IMG/VR virus record: IMGVR_UViG_3300039379_000022
Location: 21,783 to 85,782 of that record
Direction: 5' to 3' (one strand)
DNA length: 64,000 nt
Source: a virus
Part shown: in pieces, positions 31,051 through 40,857 of the stretch
Layout of the letters: each line of letters begins with the position of its first letter
Position numbering within the stretch: the stretch's first letter is position 1
The notes under the pieces: model-generated
The model's input: only the letters and a program-made list of their open reading frames with translations
Database searches by the model: none
Told to the model about the DNA's origin: nothing
Program-made: the position numbers and the translations under genes

Positions 31051-31287
31051 TTAACAATCAAGTTCTGCAATATCCAGAAACTCACTTGCCAGAAAGCTAT
31101 CGAATACACTAACCCTCTCAAGTATCTCCTCACAGATTCCATCTGCCTCCATCTGATCTGAAAAATCTTTATCCTCACATTTGGAGCCATATGGTGTTTT
31201 GATATGTTTTTTCATGTACTTACTTCCATCATGGAACTCCAGAACTTCTATACATCCATCTTTGGTTGTTTCAATCGTATACTTCAT
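31051..31287 (-). CDS. hypothetical small protein
   Basis: start refined to MKYTIETT with RBS aaagga. Confidence 0.4.
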   Translation of the reverse strand: MKYTIETTKDGCIEVLEFHDGSKYMKKHIKTPYGSKCEDKDFSDQMEADGICEEILERVSVFDSFLASEFLDIAELDC

Positions 31288-31517
31288 AGTTTTTCCTTTC
31301 AACTTTCTTTTTTTATGTTCCAGTATTTCCCATGTAAAATCAATTCACTTGGAATATACTCTACCACTGTATCTGCGCTAATTTCAGTTAATCGTGATTT
31401 GCTGAAATCATAGGCATTAATTTCACTATATGCGACCTTCATGAAAAGCCTACCATCAAATTTGAATATGTCTTCTAGCTCAAGATTTTCGAAGCGAAAT
31501 GCATCTTCATCACTTTA

Positions 31518-32459
31518 TCAGTTATTTTCATTTTTCACATCATTCCTCATATCCTTATTTGTATCTGTTATTACGGATCCACTTGTAATAACTGTAGCTT
31601 TTGAGCCATTCCACTTTTCCACTTCATTATAACGAATCAGTTCATCGGTAACAGAAGCGCTGATTTTACCATTGGCTTCTGCTTCAGCTTCCGCTTTGAT
31701 TCGGATTGCTTCAGCCTCTGCCTCTGCCCTTTTGATGGCCACCTGTGCTTCTTTTTCTGCATTTGTAATTGCAATTTCCTTATCTGCCGCTGCACGATCC
31801 TTTTCTGTCTGAATCTTTATAGCCTGTGTTTTCTGTTCCTGTGTTGCTGCATTCATCGCAGAAATTGCAGATTCCATTGTTGAATCAAAATTATAATTGC
31901 TGATGGACATGCTTGTAAAAATAATACCTCTTGAGTTGAATCTTTCATTGAGTGCATCAAGTGCATCTGATCCTATAATCGCCCTTTTTTCTGCAAATTC
32001 ATCAATTGTATATTTTGGGATTGTAGATTTAATCACATCCAATATTTCCGACTGTGGGATTAATTTATCCTGATAGGAGGCTCCTGCCTGTTTATAGACA
32101 TCCACTGCTTTTGAACTATCTAACCGATATTTCATCTGTAATGTTAAGGAAACTGTTTCTTTTCCTGCTAATTCAGCCTGTGTTGTTACTTCTTCAAGAT
32201 TCTGGATTCTGGTTTCCATTTTCACTATCTTTGTGATAAATGGAAGTTTGGGATACCAGTTGGGTGTTAGCGCCTCTCCTGTTGCTTGTTCAAATTTGAT
32301 TACAACTCCCACATATCCCTCCGGTATCCGCGTGAATATTCCAAATCTTATAAACAGAATTAAAACTAATATCACGGGAATAAAAAACAGTTTATTCACT
32401 TTTCGTTTTTGACTTGGTCTATTCTCCTCATATGACTCTACTGACATTCTTCCTAACAT
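31518..32459 (-). CDS. SPFH/band-7 (stomatin/prohibitin-like) membrane protein
   Basis: N-terminal TM, SPFH core, C-terminal Ala/Glu coiled-coil AEAEAEAIRIKAEAEAEA. Confidence 0.7.
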   Translation of the reverse strand: MLGRMSVESYEENRPSQKRKVNKLFFIPVILVLILFIRFGIFTRIPEGYVGVVIKFEQATGEALTPNWYPKLPFITKIVKMETRIQNLEEVTTQAELAGKETVSLTLQMKYRLDSSKAVDVYKQAGASYQDKLIPQSEILDVIKSTIPKYTIDEFAEKRAIIGSDALDALNERFNSRGIIFTSMSISNYNFDSTMESAISAMNAATQEQKTQAIKIQTEKDRAAADKEIAITNAEKEAQVAIKRAEAEAEAIRIKAEAEAEANGKISASVTDELIRYNEVEKWNGSKATVITSGSVITDTNKDMRNDVKNENN

Positions 32460-32524
32460 TTTTTTCCTCCAATTTATGTTTTATGATTTAATAATGTACG
32501 ATTTCTAGGTACGACAATATTAAT

Positions 32525-33445
32525 TTATGCTTCATGGTGTGTCTGGTCAAAATATTCTTTTGTTTTTAAAAACCATGTATGTGAATTTGATGTGTCATCC
32601 CAACAACAGTCAACATATTTCCATTCTCCATTTGCCTTTACTTTATTCCATGCATGAAGTTCTCCGTTTCCCATTCCAGTAATAACTTCTGACTCTAACC
32701 CAAACTTTTCACAGACTAGTTTAAAAATACCTGCATATCCACCACACACAATTTTGTTGTTATGATTTAACGCTTCTTTTAAATCATCACTCATATTGCT
32801 ATAGGAATAGTCATAGGAAAACATTTCTACTATTTTGTCATGTATGATCCTGATTTTTCGTTCGTCACTCATATCATCACTGATTTGGAAATTTTGCAGG
32901 AAATCATCGGTTATTTTTTCTACATCATATCTTGGGTTTGTTATATCAAGCATTAAATGATTGTTTTCTATTTTAAATCCTGCATCACCAAGATCGTATG
33001 ATGCTGGAATGTACTGTTTACAATATATGTATAAAAGCGCATATCTTTGATAATCCGTCATCGCAGAGCAATCATAGATCCATGTAGTGTTATTTTGAAT
33101 TTTTGAGTTATGCATTTCAGAAATTAAAGAAAATAGATTAAGATAATCTTGACTGTCTTCTTTTAGAAGACTTCCGTCTTCATTGAAGTAATATATTTTC
33201 CCATCAACCTTATACATTAACGAGACAGGGTTTCCATTAAAAATATAAAATGTCTTTCCATCTTCCTCATACCATCCATCTGCCAATCCATCTTGCCAAT
33301 ATCGACTTACTTCAACCGTCTTCCATTGACCATTCATTTGGTAAGACGCGGAATGATTTTTTAGTTCCATAGCTCCGAATGAGTTAAATGTTGATGCCAA
33401 AGTTAAAACAGTTACAATACCACAAAGCCAAATCTTTCGTTTCAT
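32525..33445 (-). CDS. secreted transglutaminase-like cysteine peptidase with cell-wall-binding repeats
   Basis: signal peptide; choline-binding-type repeats (GWYEEDGKTFYIFNGN, VDGKIYYFNEDGSL); Cys-His-Asp core CGGYAGIF...HAWNKV...D. Confidence 0.5.
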   Translation of the reverse strand: MKRKIWLCGIVTVLTLASTFNSFGAMELKNHSASYQMNGQWKTVEVSRYWQDGLADGWYEEDGKTFYIFNGNPVSLMYKVDGKIYYFNEDGSLLKEDSQDYLNLFSLISEMHNSKIQNNTTWIYDCSAMTDYQRYALLYIYCKQYIPASYDLGDAGFKIENNHLMLDITNPRYDVEKITDDFLQNFQISDDMSDERKIRIIHDKIVEMFSYDYSYSNMSDDLKEALNHNNKIVCGGYAGIFKLVCEKFGLESEVITGMGNGELHAWNKVKANGEWKYVDCCWDDTSNSHTWFLKTKEYFDQTHHEA

Positions 33446-33499
33446 ATGATATCCTCTTTTCTAATTATTTTTCAAAAAGAATATGAAAGATAGATATTA

Positions 33500-33520
33500 A
33501 AAAAGGCCTTCTGGCCTGGT
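33500..33520 (-). terminator. intrinsic terminator of phosphatase operon
   Basis: aggcc-ttct-ggcct plus T6 on the minus strand. Confidence 0.6.
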
Positions 33521-34030
33521 TTAAATCATATAATTATTATGGTTACTGAACTGTGGTGTATTATCTAATCCAAATGCTTTTAAAACAGTATAGTAGACCA
33601 CCATGTTAGGAATAAATTTACCTCCAAAGAATTCGTCATCTGAGCCTGTCAATGCTTTTGAAATTGCTGCGGCAACTGCAGGACTTCTCGATACTCCCAT
33701 ATTGCAATGAATAATTAATTGTTCGATGTCTTTATCTTTTATGTTCATCACAAATTTATAAATTTCCTCAGCATCCTCCTCCGTAATCAACTTAATATAT
33801 GTTCCTTGTCTTTCTCTGTCCTTGTCCGTTATATCAGAGAACCAGATATTAAGCGCACCCTTGCAGTTACCTCCACATTTATATTGGATACCCATCATAT
33901 CTGTTGGATATTCCTGTATACTCAATACAGCAAAATTCTTATTCCCACTATATCCAGCATGATTGTATACATAGTGGAAGGCCGATTGATGGTCCATAAC
34001 TTTTATACGAAACATAGTTTTATCCTCCAC
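33521..34030 (-). CDS. dual-specificity/protein-tyrosine phosphatase-like protein (CX5R)
   Basis: active-site signature IIHCNMGVSRSPAVAAAI (HCX5R-S/T). Confidence 0.55.
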   Translation of the reverse strand: MEDKTMFRIKVMDHQSAFHYVYNHAGYSGNKNFAVLSIQEYPTDMMGIQYKCGGNCKGALNIWFSDITDKDRERQGTYIKLITEEDAEEIYKFVMNIKDKDIEQLIIHCNMGVSRSPAVAAAISKALTGSDDEFFGGKFIPNMVVYYTVLKAFGLDNTPQFSNHNNYMI

Positions 34031-34032
34031 AT

Positions 34033-34476
34033 TTAATTATTTTCTATGATTAAAATACAACTTAATGGTTTCCAGATTTCTCCTACCTTCCCAATATTCA
34101 TTCCACTGTAAATCAGTATCGTTTCGCTATCAAAATACTGATTGTGCTTGTCAATCAAATCAACTAAATCCTGTAATGAAATTTCATTAAGTTCTACCTC
34201 TGCAAAATCGCTTCCTCGATAAAAGAAAATCCGCCCATTTGAAATATATCCTCTTTTTGAGTTTTCAAATTCATTACAGGATATACCATAATCCTCCATT
34301 ACCCAGTGCATATGGTCACGATCATCTTCTTTATCTTCATTATATTGAATCTTTCCATCCACATAAATAAAAGCAATTCTTGATTTATGAAACTCTTCTG
34401 CTTTTCGTTGTTCTTCTTCAGTAAGCGTGATTTGTTGTTTATTTATAATTGCATCATTCGTCATTTTCATCTCCAC
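34033..34476 (-). CDS. hypothetical protein
   Basis: 147 aa; 3-nt spacing to the phosphatase gene. Confidence 0.4.
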   Translation of the reverse strand: MEMKMTNDAIINKQQITLTEEEQRKAEEFHKSRIAFIYVDGKIQYNEDKEDDRDHMHWVMEDYGISCNEFENSKRGYISNGRIFFYRGSDFAEVELNEISLQDLVDLIDKHNQYFDSETILIYSGMNIGKVGEIWKPLSCILIIENN

Positions 34477-34528
34477 CTGTATGTTTTCTATATTATGTGA
34501 GAAAAAGCAGCCATTTGGCTGCTTTAGT

Positions 34529-34756
34529 TTATTTTGACAGAGCTTTTGACAAGCTTTCTATTGTTGATATTAGCATATCAACATGCTTTTTTGATTCGCT
34601 CAAATCACTTCTTAACTGATTATTATCAATATTCAGTTTGGATTTTTCTTCTAATATGCTATTAATGTAAGTGTCTTTTTGGTCAATTGTATGGTTCAGT
34701 TCGTTAACCTGTTTTTCTAATTCTTTAACCCTTAATTCCACCGGTACACTATTCAT
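34529..34756 (-). CDS. small coiled-coil protein
   Basis: 75 aa, heptad-like KELEKQVNELNHTIDQ. Confidence 0.4.
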   Translation of the reverse strand: MNSVPVELRVKELEKQVNELNHTIDQKDTYINSILEEKSKLNIDNNQLRSDLSESKKHVDMLISTIESLSKALSK

Positions 34757-34974
34757 ATTGTCTCCTCCTCAAATTTATTTGTTTTTTCAATATCATCCAT
34801 TGTTTTTGCTAGCTTATGATACTTGCAAGAACGTTTATTGCATTTTCCACACTTATATAGACTCCTATCGTAACAATGAGTCTCACGATTAGTATGATAA
34901 TCATCTTCAGGAATTATGAGCGCAAAGATAAATACAACCAACATGATAAAGCAAAAAATAATTATCTTTATCAT
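34753..34974 (-). CDS. membrane-anchored 4-Cys zinc-ribbon-like small protein
   Basis: N-terminal TM helix; C-X7-C-X2-C-X4-C; 4-nt overlaps with both neighbours. Confidence 0.4.
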   Translation of the reverse strand: MIKIIIFCFIMLVVFIFALIIPEDDYHTNRETHCYDRSLYKCGKCNKRSCKYHKLAKTMDDIEKTNKFEEETI

Positions 34975-35531
34975 TTTCCAGGCTCCTTTATGGTTTTTTC
35001 AGCTATATGGTATAGCTTCTTAGCATATTTTTTTCTTAAAATCTGGTTACTATTACCTTTTGCCATCTGTTTCAGCATCAATTCTACAAACATCTTTGTT
35101 TGTGGATGCATGGCAATTGGTTTTGATGATTTTAGTTTCCACCACTCATATTCCTGTTCATAAGTGAAATTTTCTTTCTGGTAAGCCATACCGGCTCCAA
35201 GATAATCACATATAAGTTCCAGCGCGTCTTCAAATGGCATTTGAAGTGGAACACCTCCATGGTCGAAATTGTCCTGCCAGTATTCATAATGATGCCTGTT
35301 CCGACCTTTATGATGTAACCATGCATTTGAGTATCCATTAACCTCTTTGCATGCTTTAATAGGAGAACGATGGTTCTGATAATATTTTGCATTCTCCAGA
35401 AATTCTGTCGGAGAAAATTTTGATAAATCATGCAAAATTCCTCTTATCGGCATTCCGGCCACAAGACAATTAATAAAAACATATTTCTTATGATTACAGA
35501 CAGTTTTAAAATGTTCTTTAAATTTATTCAT
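34971..35531 (-). CDS. HD-motif protein of unknown function
   Basis: GILHDLSKF and HHKGRNRHHYEYW His clusters; first gene of a 5-gene operon. Confidence 0.4.
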   Translation of the reverse strand: MNKFKEHFKTVCNHKKYVFINCLVAGMPIRGILHDLSKFSPTEFLENAKYYQNHRSPIKACKEVNGYSNAWLHHKGRNRHHYEYWQDNFDHGGVPLQMPFEDALELICDYLGAGMAYQKENFTYEQEYEWWKLKSSKPIAMHPQTKMFVELMLKQMAKGNSNQILRKKYAKKLYHIAEKTIKEPGK

Positions 35532-35646
35532 TATTCAACTCTCCTTTTCTTTTTCATGTCTAGTATGTATTCATAACTAATTTGACAACTATGGATCATA
35601 AAATACTGGCATATTTATTTATAAATACAATAAAGGAGAAATTATT

Positions 35647-36090
35647 ATGAAGGTCATGAATAAGATTACAAAAGAAACTGTAGACAATGTAGCTGTAACT
35701 CCAGATGGTAAGATTCTTACTAAAAATGAAGATGGGACATACGAAATGTATTTTGGTAATGATTATATTATCATTGAAGGGATTCCATCAAGAGAACAAT
35801 TCCATATGCTTTTAGAGACAATGAAAGATATTGATTTAAAAATGGACCAGCTCAATGATGTCCTATTAGAAACTTGTATTGACAGTATCCTGATTTTTCC
35901 AACCATGAAAGATACTGTTTTAAAGTATTTAAAAGAAGTGTTCCATGATGATTATGACGTATTATATCCTTTTGCCTGTGAATATGAATATGGCCAATTA
36001 TGGAAAGAAGGTTCCATTATGATTGATGGGAAAGATGTAATACTTAAAACAATTGATGATTTATATGATTTTCTACTCGAACAGTTGTAA
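35647..36090 (+). CDS. hypothetical protein
   Basis: 147-aa ORF with RBS aaaggag. Confidence 0.4.
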   Translation: MKVMNKITKETVDNVAVTPDGKILTKNEDGTYEMYFGNDYIIIEGIPSREQFHMLLETMKDIDLKMDQLNDVLLETCIDSILIFPTMKDTVLKYLKEVFHDDYDVLYPFACEYEYGQLWKEGSIMIDGKDVILKTIDDLYDFLLEQL

Positions 36091-36094
36091 AATA

Positions 36095-36128
36095 AAAAAC
36101 AGAGAATTGAATTTCTCTGTTTTTTTAT
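36095..36128. terminator. bidirectional intrinsic terminator
   Basis: acagagaa-ttgaat-ttctctgt hairpin plus T7. Confidence 0.7.
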
Positions 36129-36130
36129 TA

Positions 36131-36844
36131 TTATTCCTTATTTAGCTTACATATATCAGCACTGATGACATTTTCAAGAATATACTTATGAATAAAAAAC
36201 GAATCCATACTACATGTTTTCTCATAAATATCTTGAGGCAGTAAATACAGAAACTCAATTGATTTAGTTTTATATTCATCACAATTGTAATATGGAATAT
36301 CACTGATTGTTAGGTTCTCACGATTCACAACGTGTTCATCATTCTTTAAAATATCTAATAATTTATCCAGATTGTAAATCTCATTATCTATACTTCCATC
36401 AATATATCCAAATGATATTGGTATGGGAATGAAATCATAATTTAGATTGGCAATTTTATGTGAGGCACTATTCCAAAGTACAAGCATATAATCTTCCGTC
36501 ACTGGATAAGAAATTTCATTTGCAGGTTCTATAACTTCTGTTATATGCTTCTTACCTTTGAGCACACTATTGAAATTCGATTTTTTAATTGCTGCAATGG
36601 TTGCTATATTATCATACATTTTAGGTGCTTTTATCTTCCACGAAATTGGATTCAATTCTGATACAGCTAAAATATTTTCTTTGGATGTAAATCCAGTATT
36701 TTTTTCTGTATGCTCCTTGCCATTTTTATTTATCTCTTTGATATCTTCATAATATACAAAATCTGTTCCCGGAATTTCTTGGGCTTCAATCACACGGTGT
36801 GTCTTTACTACGATTTCTGTGTCTAAAATTTTATTTTTCATCAT
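36131..36844 (-). CDS. hypothetical protein
   Basis: start refined to MMKNKIL with RBS aggagga; abuts the radical-SAM stop. Confidence 0.45.
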   Translation of the reverse strand: MMKNKILDTEIVVKTHRVIEAQEIPGTDFVYYEDIKEINKNGKEHTEKNTGFTSKENILAVSELNPISWKIKAPKMYDNIATIAAIKKSNFNSVLKGKKHITEVIEPANEISYPVTEDYMLVLWNSASHKIANLNYDFIPIPISFGYIDGSIDNEIYNLDKLLDILKNDEHVVNRENLTISDIPYYNCDEYKTKSIEFLYLLPQDIYEKTCSMDSFFIHKYILENVISADICKLNKE

Positions 36845-36845
36845 T

Positions 36846-37691
36846 CTACATCTCCTCCTGTTTTGTTTCTTCCTGTAAATCAGTACGGTTCCTTCTCTCT
36901 GCACTCCTTATGCAGGCGGTACATGATGGAAGGAAAATCTGATAAAAGTTTTTGTTAAATTCCTTAAACCGTTTTGTGAATCCACCTTCCCTATATGAAT
37001 GAATATCGGCATAATTCCAGACACCAAATCCGCATTTATAAATTGTACCAGATTCATTAATGAGGAAACCATACATATTTTTAGGTTCATGGCAGTAACA
37101 TCCATACATGCTCAAAAAGCCATAAGTACCTTCTGCCCGGCCAATTGGTACAATCGCATCTTCATTATCTTCTGCTTCTGTACCTATGTAATATGAAAAA
37201 CCATTTTTCTCTAAAAACTGTTCTGTTTCCTCTACATTTTTATTTGTATGCCATTGATCTTTCGATACCGCAACCCATAAAACACCTTTTCTTGCTTCAT
37301 TTAACTGAATAAGCTTTTTACAGACTTCTTCATCATGAATCCAATCACCCGTAGTGACTAGCCTCATATTTTTTAAATTAGCAGATATCAGCATGAGTAT
37401 TTCATACCAGTTTGGATTTAAAAAAAATTCTCCTCCCATTATATTGGCACTTATGATTTCATTATTATTTATAAAATCAGCTAACACAGCTGCTGTATCC
37501 ATGTCCATCATCCTAGTTCCATCCGGAGAGCATTTAAAACAACAATGACTGCATTTTTGGGTACATTTTGTTGTTAGACGGATTGTTGGGTGTAGGATTC
37601 GATAGCATTTGCTCAAATTTTCGCATCTATCACAATTACAATTGAATTTTCCATTGCATGTTTCCTCTATGCATATATCACATCGTTTCAT
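36846..37691 (-). CDS. radical SAM enzyme with Cys-rich N-terminal extension and C-terminal Cys cluster
   Basis: CTQKCSHC (CX3CX2C) and GGE motif IMGGEFF; N-terminal CDICIEETCNGKFNCNCDRCENLSKC (7 Cys); C-terminal GCYCHEP...YKCGFG...SCTAC. Confidence 0.65.
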   Translation of the reverse strand: MKRCDICIEETCNGKFNCNCDRCENLSKCYRILHPTIRLTTKCTQKCSHCCFKCSPDGTRMMDMDTAAVLADFINNNEIISANIMGGEFFLNPNWYEILMLISANLKNMRLVTTGDWIHDEEVCKKLIQLNEARKGVLWVAVSKDQWHTNKNVEETEQFLEKNGFSYYIGTEAEDNEDAIVPIGRAEGTYGFLSMYGCYCHEPKNMYGFLINESGTIYKCGFGVWNYADIHSYREGGFTKRFKEFNKNFYQIFLPSCTACIRSAERRNRTDLQEETKQEEM

Positions 37692-37746
37692 TATATTTCC
37701 TTTCTTGTTCTGCTTTATTTTAGTATATCATATTATTCCGTATTAA

Positions 37747-38256
37747 TTAACTCAATATGAATTCTTTAGGCTCTCCCTCCGGATCTTCCTTAGTATATAT
37801 TTTGGATATAATCTGGTTAGATTCAGGATTATATTGTATCATTACTCCTGGTTCGCCTTTCGTCTTAATTAGTGTCGCAATTCCAGGGTTCTCTTTATCT
37901 GGATGTATGATTGAATGGATAGTTCCCATTGGCGTATCCACTTCAAGACTCGGGATCATATCATATTCTATTACTTCTATCCGGTCTTCAAAACAACTGC
38001 CATACTGTAAAGTTGCTCCATCTGGCCAAATACATAAATTGATATCCTCTCCTTTCATATCAGTGTATTTACCACCCATTACTATGGTATTATAAATTTT
38101 TTCTGCTTTTTCAGCTGTATAGCCATACACCTTTATCAACATTTTAATAATTTCCCGTTTAATCCGAGCTTCCTTTTCTTCATGTTTAAATGGTCCGTCA
38201 GCTATCCTTAGATTTATATATTCATCATTCCATCCAATCAAAAAGTATGTTTTCAT
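37747..38256 (-). CDS. hypothetical protein
   Basis: 169-aa ORF. Confidence 0.4.
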   Translation of the reverse strand: MKTYFLIGWNDEYINLRIADGPFKHEEKEARIKREIIKMLIKVYGYTAEKAEKIYNTIVMGGKYTDMKGEDINLCIWPDGATLQYGSCFEDRIEVIEYDMIPSLEVDTPMGTIHSIIHPDKENPGIATLIKTKGEPGVMIQYNPESNQIISKIYTKEDPEGEPKEFILS

Positions 38257-38266
38257 TTTAATTCTC

Positions 38267-38935
38267 CTATTTATTATAGTCCTTGTTTAGTAAGTTTTGA
38301 TACTTATGATAAATTGCTTCTGCATGGATATTGCCATATTCTTCTACTTCCTCTTCAAATCCACCTGTAGAAGGGAATGAATCGGAATTAAATTGCAACA
38401 GTTCATGACACTCGTAAATTAAATGTCTAAATTCATGAAAGATTGTTGATAAAATTCCAATTAATAGGTCTGTTTCATCATTATCTGGAATTTCATTGTT
38501 GACGCGTTCAATGGCGCTTACATTAATAAAAATGGTCTGACGATCTATCCAAGTTAATCCAAGAAGGTCTTCACAGGCGTACAGTGCATATTCATCACCA
38601 TACTCATCTTGAAGTTTTTTACGTGATTGGCTAACTTCATCTTCATCATCATATATTAATACAATATATTCACAAACTGCCAAAGCATTTTTATCTATTT
38701 CATTACATAAGAAATCTAGCAGAACTTCTTCATTTATTAATTCCCTTACTTTCATATCCATCAGCATATGATCCTTAATATGGTTCCTATCAATCCGTTC
38801 CGGATAATAATATAACCTTGAATAAAAACCAAAGCCGTCGTTTCCGGTATATTCTAAGTAATCATCATTAATAATCAAGTCGCCTACATCACTGTCTTTT
38901 ACGGCATACTCCAATTCTTCTCGTGTCATTATCAT
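38267..38935 (-). CDS. HExxH-motif protein (putative zinc metallopeptidase-like)
   Basis: IFHEFRHLIYECHE with acidic N-terminal half. Confidence 0.35.
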   Translation of the reverse strand: MIMTREELEYAVKDSDVGDLIINDDYLEYTGNDGFGFYSRLYYYPERIDRNHIKDHMLMDMKVRELINEEVLLDFLCNEIDKNALAVCEYIVLIYDDEDEVSQSRKKLQDEYGDEYALYACEDLLGLTWIDRQTIFINVSAIERVNNEIPDNDETDLLIGILSTIFHEFRHLIYECHELLQFNSDSFPSTGGFEEEVEEYGNIHAEAIYHKYQNLLNKDYNK

Positions 38936-39029
38936 AAATCTTCTCCTATTTTCTTATTTGTATCTATTATGTCTATATTTTTATATAAAAAAAGTCACTG
39001 AAATCTTCAGTGACTTGAATGTATTTTTA

Positions 39030-40388
39030 CTATCTGGCATTTTCTTCGTGTTGATGAATTCCTTTCACAATACCAGGAAGCTGTTTTATGACATCTTCTT
39101 TACTAACTCCAGCAAGATGAATCTGATGGCATTTTTCTATAATCTTTTTAAACATTGGTCCTGGTTTATATCCTAATTTGATTAAATCCCTGCCTGTAAC
39201 CTCTGGTTCTTTTTTTATTTTATCATATACTGTCAGCCGGTTGTCCCACCAACCGTTTTCAGAAAGGGCTAATTCTTCCCTGTTAGCTTTTGAAGTATCT
39301 ATGTATGATAGAATGATGGAATCCTTAGGCGCTACACATCGGTCAAGATACCTGTTTGTTGTTTTTTCACTTGTTTTTCTTGTCATGAAATGTGGTGTCA
39401 TATGATTTTCCACTAAATTCTGTACATATGATTTTAATTTCATATCTGTAGTTAACTTGCTTAAAACTTCTGGTACTAGCTGTGCTCCTATCGTTTCATG
39501 GTTTAAGGAACGGATCTGTCCATCAATGCCTTTCGTGGTTGCATCTGCTTTTCCAATATCATGGAATAAAGCTGCATACATAAAACCAAGCGGGAAAGAA
39601 GTCTGGTCCCTGACTAATGCTGCTTTATCAATCACTTCCATTGTATGATTCCATACATCACCTTCCGGATGCCAGGTTGAATTTTGAGGAATATCTATCA
39701 GGCATTCTAAATCCGTGAAACTCTTAAGTTGGTTCATTTCTCTTAGCATATTAAAATATATACTTGGTTTTGTGGATTTTAAAAGAACTTTATTTGTTTC
39801 TTCATACACCCGCTCCTTGGCAACAAGTGATGTATTGATTTTCTTACATAAGTCCATTGTCTCTGATGCAATTTTAAAATCCAGCCTTGAGGCAAATCCG
39901 GCAGCTCTATAGACACGTAGTGGATCTTCGATGAATGTTTCATCGTTGATATGCCGGATTATTTTATTATTTAAATCATTCAAACCACCATAATGGTCTA
40001 TTATTTCACCTGATAATACATGCCTCATTAAGGCGTTAATGGTAAAATCCCTTCGTTTAGACGCTTCTTTTGTTGACATATATGGGTCAACTGATACACT
40101 AAAATCCGTATGTTTATGACCGATTTTTTTCTCTGTTCTTGGCATTGCGATATCTATATCAATTCCCTTGATTTTCAGAATACCAAAAGATACTCCAATC
40201 TCATCTACATTCCCAAATTCTTGGCAGATACACTTTAGTTGTTCTGAAGATATACCATAGACTTCAATATCAATATCTTTATTGTCGCGATTTAGATATT
40301 CGTCTCTTACATATCCTCCCACAAAGTATACATTACCACCTATATCAGATACAGTTTCAGCCAGTTTATGCACTAATTTATCTACCAT
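39030..40388 (-). CDS. cca: CCA-adding tRNA nucleotidyltransferase / poly(A) polymerase family with HD domain
   Basis: head domain YFVGGYVRDEYL...DIDIEV; HD motif ALFHDIGK. Confidence 0.7.
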   Translation of the reverse strand: MVDKLVHKLAETVSDIGGNVYFVGGYVRDEYLNRDNKDIDIEVYGISSEQLKCICQEFGNVDEIGVSFGILKIKGIDIDIAMPRTEKKIGHKHTDFSVSVDPYMSTKEASKRRDFTINALMRHVLSGEIIDHYGGLNDLNNKIIRHINDETFIEDPLRVYRAAGFASRLDFKIASETMDLCKKINTSLVAKERVYEETNKVLLKSTKPSIYFNMLREMNQLKSFTDLECLIDIPQNSTWHPEGDVWNHTMEVIDKAALVRDQTSFPLGFMYAALFHDIGKADATTKGIDGQIRSLNHETIGAQLVPEVLSKLTTDMKLKSYVQNLVENHMTPHFMTRKTSEKTTNRYLDRCVAPKDSIILSYIDTSKANREELALSENGWWDNRLTVYDKIKKEPEVTGRDLIKLGYKPGPMFKKIIEKCHQIHLAGVSKEDVIKQLPGIVKGIHQHEENAR

Positions 40389-40496
40389 TTTTAAATAATC
40401 TCCTTATCTCTTCTTATATAGTTGTGTTTTTGCCCAATTTTTACAATGCCTTTGCACATTATATTATATATAATAACAGTTGGAGGCATAAGACTA

Positions 40497-40820
40497 ATGT
40501 TCACTAATGAAGAGGCACTTATAAAATTACTTTCAAGCAATGACGAAATAGCTAAAACGTTAAAGGATTTATATGATGATGTAAAAAAAGAGGAAAAAAA
40601 TCTTTATCGAAAGAAAAAACGTGGTGAAAGGACTATTTATAAAGACTATAATAAAGCCCGAGATAAAATGATGAAATATCTATTTAAGTTAAATAAGAAA
40701 TATCATTTTATGGATTTCGTCACCGTTTATGATTATCCCAATGTGATAAGTTCAATTAAAACATTAATTATTAGTCTCGAAATATTTAATCTGGCTTTTG
40801 AGAGCTGCAACCTTTCTTAG
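40497..40820 (+). CDS. hypothetical protein
   Basis: start refined to MFTNEEAL with RBS ggagg. Confidence 0.4.
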   Translation: MFTNEEALIKLLSSNDEIAKTLKDLYDDVKKEEKNLYRKKKRGERTIYKDYNKARDKMMKYLFKLNKKYHFMDFVTVYDYPNVISSIKTLIISLEIFNLAFESCNLS

Positions 40821-40827
40821 CCAAAAA

Positions 40828-40857
40828 ACATAAAGCAGGTTAACCTGCTTTTTTACA
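40828..40857. terminator. intrinsic terminator
   Basis: aagcagg-ttaa-cctgctt plus T6. Confidence 0.65.
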
